Positions 51,933 to 59,857 of a stretch of 64,000 bases of DNA are shown here, one piece after another. The notes under the pieces are model-generated. The model was given only the letters and a program-made list of their open reading frames with translations. It did not search any database and was not told the origin of the DNA. Positions within the stretch are counted from its first letter, which is position 1; each line of letters starts with the position of its first letter. The stretch spans positions 248,001-312,000 of the forward strand of contig CP128822.1 in assembly GCA_051546255.1 (NCBI GenBank), given 5' to 3'. The translations under genes were made by a program, and so were the position numbers. This DNA comes from Meyerozyma guilliermondii. Taxonomy: Eukaryota.

Positions 51933-52832
51933 ATGCCAGAAATCCCATACACCCCCAAGGGGACGCCAATTGAAGAGATTGTGGACTTTGATGGCGCCTC
52001 TTTCAAAACCACTACTTGGAAGGTACCACTGTCTACCAAATATCTTGGAAAAATCATCTATGTTCACGGGTTCATGGAGCATGCTTCAATTTATACCGAG
52101 TTTTTTGACAATTTAAGTCAAAATGGTTTTGAAGTGTTCTTTTTCGACCAGCGTGGTGCGGGAGACACTTCGCCTGGTCCTTTGCTTGGTCTTACAGATG
52201 AACATCATACGTTCAATGATTTGGATTTCATGATAAAACGTAGCTTGGAACAGAGAACCAATAAAACAGAGAAATTTTTCTTGTTGGGCCACTCTATGGG
52301 AGGCGGGATTGTGTTGAACTATGGAATTAGAGGTAAATACAAGGAACATATCAAGGGCATTGTGGCTTGTGCACCTTTGGTGTCCTTGCACCCTAAAACC
52401 AGACCCAATTTTGTTGTTCAAAAATTGTCTCCTCTTCTCGCCAAGTTCTTGCCTCGGGTCCAGATTGATACCAAGCTTAATTACGACTATGTCACTTCAA
52501 ACGAGAGGTGGAAAAACTACATCAAGCAGCTGGACAAAAAATTGATCGGTTCTTTGAGACAACTCTATGATATGTTCCAAAGAGGTGAAGCGTTGGAGAA
52601 GCCCGACTACGTTCGCAAGTTCGATCCAGATATCTCGTTGTTGGTGGTACATGGTGACCGCGATTACATAAATGATATTGAGGGCACCAAGAAATTTTTT
52701 GGTTTATTGTCCAACAATATCGACAAGAAATTTGTGCCCATCAAGGGCGGAAGACACTCGTTGTTCATTGAGCGTGAGGAGATTCACGAGCCTGTCTTGA
52801 AGGAAGTGTTGGAGTTTTTACGGGCCCATTGA
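51933..52832 (+). CDS. YJU3: Monoglyceride lipase (alpha/beta hydrolase)
   Basis: YVHGFMEH, FDQRGAG, GHSMGG, VHGDRDYIN, GGRHSLFIE; start at 51933, with an alternative in-frame ATG at 51849. Confidence 0.85.
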   Translation: MPEIPYTPKGTPIEEIVDFDGASFKTTTWKVPLSTKYLGKIIYVHGFMEHASIYTEFFDNLSQNGFEVFFFDQRGAGDTSPGPLLGLTDEHHTFNDLDFMIKRSLEQRTNKTEKFFLLGHSMGGGIVLNYGIRGKYKEHIKGIVACAPLVSLHPKTRPNFVVQKLSPLLAKFLPRVQIDTKLNYDYVTSNERWKNYIKQLDKKLIGSLRQLYDMFQRGEALEKPDYVRKFDPDISLLVVHGDRDYINDIEGTKKFFGLLSNNIDKKFVPIKGGRHSLFIEREEIHEPVLKEVLEFLRAH

Positions 52833-53050
52833 GGACGGATCACGGAAGTACTTATTTATGCTAGTGCCTCGCACTGCCCAATAAATGGTCTAGACTGATG
52901 CTAGCAACTTGCTTTCATCATCTTCTTTTTTGTTTTCTTTCTTTCTCCTTATCTTCTTTTTTCGCTCTTTTTGTTCCCCGTTCCCCCGATCGCTATATCT
53001 TATCTTCTCCACACACTCTCAACTTTTTCAGCCGCGAACCTTTCAGTTAC

Positions 53051-55144
53051 ATGGGATTTACCGTAAAGCAGAAGATAGACATATGTCTTAAGTCGGACGC
53101 CAACCCCCAGCTAACACAAGCTGAGCTTGCCCAGTGGGCCCAGAAGGAGTTTTCCACGTTGCATCAGCCATCCCAGACAACAATTTCTCGAATATTGAGT
53201 TCCAAGAACGAACTCATTGCATCCAAAGAAACCCAATTTCTGCTAGTACGACGGAAAAAACTGCAAAATCCCCTTCTTCGGTCGATTCTCTCTGAGTGGA
53301 TCACTCAGTGTATTTGGGAGGGTATTCCCATAACGACGCCTGTAATTCAGCTGACAGCTCTGTCGATTTGGACTCGGCTTCCGCCTCAAGAGAAAGACGG
53401 GAATGGCATTTTCAACCACAAGTGGTGCTACGAGTTCATAAAGAAGCTCGACATCAACATTACGGGAACAAAGGACGAAATTAATGCCAATGAGGGCCAC
53501 AAACTCAACAAGGTATGGATGATGGATGAGAAGGTGGACTTGAAGAGGTACTTGAGGGACATCATAAAAGCTGAAAATTACTCACCAAGAGACATTTTCA
53601 CCATCGATGAGTTCCAATTGTTCTACACGTTGCCTCTAGACCAGATATTTGACGTTTCTTCAGTCGATAAAGGGCTTCGGCAATCGGCCGCTTCCACTGA
53701 AAAATCACTCACAATTATGCTTGGCTGTAATGTCGATGGATCTGAAAAACTTCCACCGCTCATAGTAGGTAGCCATGAATCGTTCGATGCTTCGTGTGCT
53801 TCCGACCCAAATTTCAAGATGGCCCATGCCGCTTCTACGCCCAAGTTACTCAGAAACAAAATCTTGGAAGTTTACAACATTTACTACAACTCCAACACCA
53901 ACAAGTGGATCACCTCCAGTATGTTCTACGACTACCTTTTGACCCTAGACCACAAAATAGCCAGCTTGCAACCCCAGCGCAAGATTCTCATTGTTCTAGA
54001 CGACTCTTCGTCGCACCGGATTATCAACCTCAAGTTTGACCACATTCGCTTGTGCTTCCTCAAGAACAACAATAACCACAATAACCCCTACAGTTCTCTG
54101 TACAGCGGCGTGAAATTCGACTATCTCCCAATGAGCTACGGCATCATACAAGAATTCAAGATCTTGTATCGAATTCAGCAGTACTTGGAAATGATCCGAC
54201 TCCAGGCCAGACGCTCTGAAAAATCTACCTCGGATAGTTTCTACGGTAACTCAGAACTAGACAAAAGCGAGGCACCCCAATTGCCTGTGGGAACCCTCGA
54301 AGTGCTCTCGGAGTCCGACTACCAGATACCCACCATCAAAGTGATCGAGTGGATATGGCGATCGTGGAACTCGATTTCCAAAGAAAAGATTTTCAATTCT
54401 TGGAAAAGAACATACTTGCTTGACTTGAAGAACGACTGGGTAGCGCCTGCTCACGTTGACGTCGCCCGGACCATTGTCGCCGAACACCAGGGACGGTCTC
54501 AAGACTCCAACGACCGCTCGTACTACAAGTTGCAAGAAATCATGAGCCACTTGAATGTGGTGATTCCATGGGAAATCGACGACCTTTTGGGTCTTGTGAA
54601 CGAAAGGGCCAAAATGACTTTGAGTTACGTTTCTATCGAGGAGATTATAGGGAGCTGTCTTCTGGAGGGTTACCATAATGATAAGCGAAAAGATAGCACC
54701 TGGCTCACCGATACGCAAATTGCCAATAGCGAAATCCAAAATCCATTCAATCGTCTCAATGGCACTTTGAGTCCCAATCTGGTGCTTGACAACGGAGTTG
54801 AATCGCTTCTTGAGGGCCTAGGAGTTTCTGGAGAAAGCAACAATTCCAACACCATCGATGCCTTGTTCGCGATGGACGTTGATGCGACGAAGTCACAAAT
54901 GGCAGCACCACAACTAGAGGACAAGACAGATGGTGCTCCAGCGCCTAAGCGACAGCATTTGGATGAGTGGTCAACTGGCTGGACCCCGAATCTAGACATG
55001 GGAGTAAATGCTATTGAACTGGGTACGAGAGGTGAATTAAAGTACTCGTTGCAAACAATCCTCCAGGCTAATCTCGGTCTTTCTGAAACTACCACTAACG
55101 AGCTTAAGCGCCAGCTTGAACAGGTATCTCAAGCTGAGCAGTGA
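53051..55144 (+). CDS. PDC2: Pdc2-like transcription factor (CENP-B/pogo-derived HTH plus DDE_1 domain)
   Basis: KQKIDICL...TQAELAQWA...PSQTTISRIL HTH; GCNVDGSEKLPPLIVG and LIVLDDSSSH DDE-like region; ATG at 53051. Confidence 0.82.
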   Translation: MGFTVKQKIDICLKSDANPQLTQAELAQWAQKEFSTLHQPSQTTISRILSSKNELIASKETQFLLVRRKKLQNPLLRSILSEWITQCIWEGIPITTPVIQLTALSIWTRLPPQEKDGNGIFNHKWCYEFIKKLDINITGTKDEINANEGHKLNKVWMMDEKVDLKRYLRDIIKAENYSPRDIFTIDEFQLFYTLPLDQIFDVSSVDKGLRQSAASTEKSLTIMLGCNVDGSEKLPPLIVGSHESFDASCASDPNFKMAHAASTPKLLRNKILEVYNIYYNSNTNKWITSSMFYDYLLTLDHKIASLQPQRKILIVLDDSSSHRIINLKFDHIRLCFLKNNNNHNNPYSSLYSGVKFDYLPMSYGIIQEFKILYRIQQYLEMIRLQARRSEKSTSDSFYGNSELDKSEAPQLPVGTLEVLSESDYQIPTIKVIEWIWRSWNSISKEKIFNSWKRTYLLDLKNDWVAPAHVDVARTIVAEHQGRSQDSNDRSYYKLQEIMSHLNVVIPWEIDDLLGLVNERAKMTLSYVSIEEIIGSCLLEGYHNDKRKDSTWLTDTQIANSEIQNPFNRLNGTLSPNLVLDNGVESLLEGLGVSGESNNSNTIDALFAMDVDATKSQMAAPQLEDKTDGAPAPKRQHLDEWSTGWTPNLDMGVNAIELGTRGELKYSLQTILQANLGLSETTTNELKRQLEQVSQAEQ

Positions 55145-55259
55145 CATTGTAAATAGATCATAGAATGCATTCATTATCCGTATTAACATTGTACTATATA
55201 CTAGTTTTCGTCTTTTATCTTTTGTCTCTTTTTATCTCTTCCTTCGTACTTGATTCTAT

Positions 55260-55609
55260 TTACAGTTTGTCCTCTTCATCCTCTTCCACCAATCCCAACT
55301 CTCTTGCTTTGGCTTCGAGTCGCTGTCTCTTTTCCAACCTTGCTCTTCGAATTCTGGCCACTTCTGCCTTGATTTCGTGGGGTTCTTTGGGAACCTGGTT
55401 CAAGGTGGCGGGATCGGGCCAGAATCCCGGCATGTTAAACTTGCGATCACTGTCCAAACCGGCCCAGTACATGATACAGATGGGAGTCAAAAGGTAAAAA
55501 CCAAACTATGTTAGTACAAAAACAACAGCCACAAACACAAAACACTTACCTTAGTGGTTTCAAGCTGTGTCCTCGTGATGCCACCAATAAATTTGGAATA
55601 TCGGGACAT
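55260..55609 (-). CDS. PET100: Cytochrome c oxidase assembly factor Pet100; two exons, 55609-55550 and 55505-55260
   Basis: 44-nt intron (GTAAGT...TACTAAC-A-TAG) gives MSRYSKFIGGITRTQLETTK|FGFYLLTPICIMYWAG...FWPDP. Confidence 0.9.
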
Positions 55610-55713
55610 CGTCTTTGATTAGTGGTTCAGAAAGAAAAAGTCGCACTGAATAATTTGAGATTGGTGAAATTTGAGATCTTCTCCACACAACACAAATCGC
55701 TCACAACGCCGGT

Positions 55714-56424
55714 ATGAGCTCCCAATACACAGCCATAGAGTCTGATGTGCCTCAAGCACAGCCGGCGGGCGCTACAGGACCCATGGACAATCAGATGGGT
55801 GGTGAACCGAATTCTGGCCAAATAAATAGTGATCCTAGCTCATGGACATGGATACAAAGACTCAAACAACTGTCTCATCCCGTGGCATTGCTCTTCTATA
55901 TAGGATTCAGAATACTCCCTATAGAGATCTACATCTTTGGGAACTTCTTTATTGGGTTCATTACCAAGAAAAATCGGTTCATATTGCATTTCATCGTCCT
56001 TGTCCTTTTGATATCGGGCGATTTCTGGAACTTGAAAAATGTTGCTGGTCGCTTGTTGGTAGGCTTGAGGTGGTGGAACGAAGTCAATTTCATTGAACTG
56101 TCGTCGACGGGCGAATTTGAAAACGTGTGGGTGTTTGAGTCGGCAGACCCTTCTCGGTACATTAATCCAATCGACTCAAAAGTGTTTTGGACCCTCTTGT
56201 ATGGCCAGCCTGTAGCGTGGATTGTCTTGGGTATTTTGGCGGTGTTAAAATTCGAATTTTTGTATCTCATTTTGATTTTGATTGCAATCTTCTTGTCGTT
56301 CACAAACGCTTTAGCATTCACGAAATGCGACAAGTTCGGTAAGGCAAACAACTTGGCTACAGGTTTCCTCTCCAGAGCATCTGGAACCATATTATCCCGG
56401 CTCAATCCTTTTGCTAGTCGCTAG
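55714..56424 (+). CDS. TVP23: Golgi membrane protein Tvp23 (DUF846)
   Basis: SHPVALLF, DFWNLKNVAGRLLVGLRWWNE, WVFES, DSKVFW. Confidence 0.93.
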   Translation: MSSQYTAIESDVPQAQPAGATGPMDNQMGGEPNSGQINSDPSSWTWIQRLKQLSHPVALLFYIGFRILPIEIYIFGNFFIGFITKKNRFILHFIVLVLLISGDFWNLKNVAGRLLVGLRWWNEVNFIELSSTGEFENVWVFESADPSRYINPIDSKVFWTLLYGQPVAWIVLGILAVLKFEFLYLILILIAIFLSFTNALAFTKCDKFGKANNLATGFLSRASGTILSRLNPFASR

Positions 56425-56439
56425 AATCTATATAATGCT

Positions 56440-59319
56440 TTATGTCTTTGCCCTTAACGATTCAAGATGCCTGATCTTGTTTGCGAGATCCGAATAGACG
56501 CTGGTTTCCTCTTCGGCTGTCTTCAACTGTCCCTTTGGTTCCATGCTTTCAACCAATATTGTCTCGAACCGCTGGAAAAGCTCCGTGTATTCATCAACGT
56601 CAACCTGGATACCTTTGAGTTTGAGGGTTCGAAGCTGTTTGGAAACGTCTTCAGACTTGTTGTAAATTATTCGAAGAATGAGTTGGTTGAGGATGACGTT
56701 GAGATCGTTATTGTAGGAGATCTTGGTAACAGACTCTTTGAGACCCTCTATCTCCACATCGCGAGGCATTTTTTCCAATATCAAAATGGGATCATAGAAC
56801 ATGTACGACTGTTCGTCGGCATGCTCAATAAGTGCTTTGATGAAAGCAGGTTTCTCCATTGAATACTCTAGCAAAATATCCCATGCTTCCTTATCATTCT
56901 GGTGCTTCGCAAAGTTTATAGCCTTCTCTGGGTCGTCCAATTTGTTGATTATCAACATTAATGCTTTTTTGGTCTCGCCCACTTTTCCCCACAAATAAAC
57001 CGATTCTTCAACAAAATCATTATCTTCGCAGAGCTGGATGGCTTTCTGGATGTCGTAGGAGCTGTGCTTGGTAAGGAAGGGAAGAAGTTTCTTGCGATCA
57101 TATTGCGCAAATAACTGTAACCTGTCGTTCTGAAACGGTACCGTGAGATAGTCGTCGACAACTTCAAGTCGTTCCAAATAAAACAAGTTGATGAAATCCA
57201 AATGGTGCTTGGTCATCATCTCGGTCAAAACCTGTGGAGGCAATTCGTGTCGACTTTCAACGAGAATATCAATTGTGTCTTGAAGCTCCACCTCAAGGTC
57301 GCTTATAGGGGTGTTTTCTATCTCATCGTCCTTCAAAGAAAGACTGATATAGTAGGGAAGGCTGTCGACGAAAGATGCTATCAAGTGATGATCATGGAGA
57401 AACCTGACCAAGTTGCGGTCTCTTAAATGGGCCAAATGGGGTACTGCTTTTTGAGGCTGAGCGGCTCTAACATACAAGTCAGCTAGACATCTTCGAAGTT
57501 TATCGTCATCTTCGGCCTCGAGCGAAGACTCCATTGTCAGGGTTATGGCCTCGAAAGTAAATAGAGAGATATCCCATTTACTGATGATATTATAGAACAC
57601 CGTCTGCGATTTGTTCTTTAACCAGTACTCCAATATTTCGTCAAACAATGTTTGTGGAAGATTTAACTGAGGAAGTGTTGGAATAATCAGAGTTAGCTCT
57701 TCAACATGGCCAGACTTTAAAAATATCGTAGCCCAGATTTCCCACTGGCGAATAATTTCCTTTATCAATTCATCGTCACCCTTCAGAGCAACTGACTGGT
57801 CTGTACGTAAAGTGCTCTTCGTATCAATTGCAGGCATCTGCGATTCATCCACATGTAGAATTGTCAGCAAGAAGTTCGCAGCCTCTTTCCAGTCATTTCT
57901 CTTGATCAAAGTATCCACATAAGAAGTTCCCAAATTGAGTCTTTTAATGGGAGTTAATAAATGCTGACTTAGTTTCCAGGCCTCCAAGTAATCTTCTCGC
58001 GAAATATACCATTCCAATCGGTCGTTGAGTTGTACTTCTTTTGCAATGACAGCATCCTTGGCGCTCATGATATAGTAGGTAGCGCCAGTATTGCCGATAT
58101 GAGTTCCGAGTGAGTAATCGTTCAATCCGAGATTTTTGATATAACGAAGGCCAATTTCCTCCTCGAAATCAATCTCTCCATTAGCCAAATCAACTATTTT
58201 CAAGTCGGGGTCTTGGAACTCCAACTTATCTTCGACTGAGATGGGCGGTTCGTAGCTTAGTACAAGCAATTTGTCGTCCTTAAACGACGAGATACCTGCC
58301 ACAAGGAAATCAAACTGGTGCACATGCTCGACATTTATATGCTTTTCTGGGACAGAACGAAAAGACATGGCGGATGACATTATTCTGTTCTGAGCAGAAG
58401 ATGAGGCAGCTCCGGTCAGAGCACCATTATTGGAGCTGGTAGAACCACTCTGGATCTTGATAGACCACACATGGTACGCCCATGCTATGAGAATCCGGTC
58501 GGTTTCTGGAAAATGTATGCGGGGCCAGTAGAGGTCGCCGCGAGGAGCACCATCGGGTCTATAAATTGTCTTGATGATATTTCGATGGTAGGTGTCAAAG
58601 AACGAGATTCCCATGTCATTCATCCACACTATAATTTCCCCTACTTTTTTGAATGCCACTATGGGGCTATCTCCCAGGTAAAGAATGGTATCCGACCTTT
58701 TTCCAAGCCAGTTTCTTGAAGAGTGGATCACTTTTCCACTCATGCCGCCAGAGTAAAAAGATTTTGTCACCGAGTATTTTCGGTCAATTGCCACTGCGTG
58801 AACAGGTCTTTTAAAGTCGAAACCAAATGTTTCATTAGAATCCACTGTGGAAGTCACCACTACACTTCCATCCATTGACGCTGAAATAACATGGGTTCCA
58901 TCGGTATCCAAAGCTAGAACCGATGCACTGTGTGCCTTGTACGTTCTTACCATTGTAAAGTCGGGTTTGCACACATGCACAAGGCCTGAATGAGTGGCAA
59001 ATACAAACAAGCTTTCGTGGAACAAGCTACATGAAACAGGTTCTCGGTCCAAAAAGTTACGAGGAAGCGAATTGAGTCGCGAGTATAAGAATACAGGAGG
59101 CGAGTCGGCAGACGCTACCGAAGATGAGTCTGAGTCTGTATTTTCCGAGTCTTGAGTTATATTTTGAGATTCGTTCAAATCGTTGTTTTGGGGTTGGTGG
59201 TCTTTTTCCGAGCCTATCTCGTCCTTGAAAGAATTCTGGTCATCCTGGGTATGCAAGCTATCTGATTCTGCCTTAACTGTGCTTTCAGCGTCGTCTGTTC
59301 CGCCAGCGGAGTCACTCAT
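56440..59319 (-). CDS. VPS41: HOPS subunit Vps41
   Basis: N-terminal WD40 region (HSASVL, ASMDGSV, DFKRPVHAVA, SGGMSG, NWLG) and clathrin-repeat region (YDRKKLLPFL, AINFAK). Confidence 0.9.
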   Translation of the reverse strand: MSDSAGGTDDAESTVKAESDSLHTQDDQNSFKDEIGSEKDHQPQNNDLNESQNITQDSENTDSDSSSVASADSPPVFLYSRLNSLPRNFLDREPVSCSLFHESLFVFATHSGLVHVCKPDFTMVRTYKAHSASVLALDTDGTHVISASMDGSVVVTSTVDSNETFGFDFKRPVHAVAIDRKYSVTKSFYSGGMSGKVIHSSRNWLGKRSDTILYLGDSPIVAFKKVGEIIVWMNDMGISFFDTYHRNIIKTIYRPDGAPRGDLYWPRIHFPETDRILIAWAYHVWSIKIQSGSTSSNNGALTGAASSSAQNRIMSSAMSFRSVPEKHINVEHVHQFDFLVAGISSFKDDKLLVLSYEPPISVEDKLEFQDPDLKIVDLANGEIDFEEEIGLRYIKNLGLNDYSLGTHIGNTGATYYIMSAKDAVIAKEVQLNDRLEWYISREDYLEAWKLSQHLLTPIKRLNLGTSYVDTLIKRNDWKEAANFLLTILHVDESQMPAIDTKSTLRTDQSVALKGDDELIKEIIRQWEIWATIFLKSGHVEELTLIIPTLPQLNLPQTLFDEILEYWLKNKSQTVFYNIISKWDISLFTFEAITLTMESSLEAEDDDKLRRCLADLYVRAAQPQKAVPHLAHLRDRNLVRFLHDHHLIASFVDSLPYYISLSLKDDEIENTPISDLEVELQDTIDILVESRHELPPQVLTEMMTKHHLDFINLFYLERLEVVDDYLTVPFQNDRLQLFAQYDRKKLLPFLTKHSSYDIQKAIQLCEDNDFVEESVYLWGKVGETKKALMLIINKLDDPEKAINFAKHQNDKEAWDILLEYSMEKPAFIKALIEHADEQSYMFYDPILILEKMPRDVEIEGLKESVTKISYNNDLNVILNQLILRIIYNKSEDVSKQLRTLKLKGIQVDVDEYTELFQRFETILVESMEPKGQLKTAEEETSVYSDLANKIRHLESLRAKT

Positions 59320-59431
59320 GTGTTAGACAAGAATACGTGATGATAGATTAATGTTCTGTGCGCGCAACGGTTTGGCTGCGATAGCGGTGCGAGTCCAGTG
59401 GTCGCACAGGGTCGCAGTAGTGTCTCTGACC

Positions 59432-59499
59432 GCTCGCTATTTTTTCGCACCGCTAATCGCACTAGGAGTGTCGCTAGCGGCTCGCTATTTTTCGCGCAC
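59432..59499. repeat. Imperfect direct repeat GCTCGCTATTTTT(T)CGC in the VPS41/TFB5 divergent promoter
   Basis: gctcgctattttttcgcac at 59432 and gctcgctatttttcgcgcac at 59480. Confidence 0.6.
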
Positions 59500-59630
59500 T
59501 GGAAACTCATCTTATCCAAACATTATAAACTTAACACCAATACTTTACTGCGGGACTAGATTCAGCATCAAAATAACGAGACTCCGATTTTTTGTTCTTT
59601 AAACTACTTTTCTTCATTCTTCACTTAATC

Positions 59631-59840
59631 ATGCCCAGAGCAGTGGCGGGTACGTTGGTCCAGTGTGATCCTTCCATCAAAGCACTCATCTTGCAAATTG
59701 ACTTATCGAGACCAGGTATCTTGGTAGAAGAGTTAAGTGATACGCATTTGCTCATCAATAGCAGCGATATTCAATATGTCAAGAACGAGTTGAACAGACT
59801 ACTTTCCAAAAATATCTACAATCCATTTGATGATGCATGA
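59631..59840 (+). CDS. TFB5: TFIIH subunit Tfb5
   Basis: MPRAVAGTLVQCDPSIKALILQID...THLLI...KNIYNP; ATG at 59631. Confidence 0.93.
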   Translation: MPRAVAGTLVQCDPSIKALILQIDLSRPGILVEELSDTHLLINSSDIQYVKNELNRLLSKNIYNPFDDA

Positions 59841-59857
59841 TCTACATCCACGATGTA

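Noticed and set aside
52898..53050. Phe/Ser-rich N-terminal extension of PDC2 in the ORF track
   Set aside because: It translates a T-rich promoter tract; Pdc2 homology begins at ATG 53051
53051..55144. Active DNA transposon
   Set aside because: No TIRs or TSDs seen, degenerate third catalytic residue, and it matches the host gene PDC2
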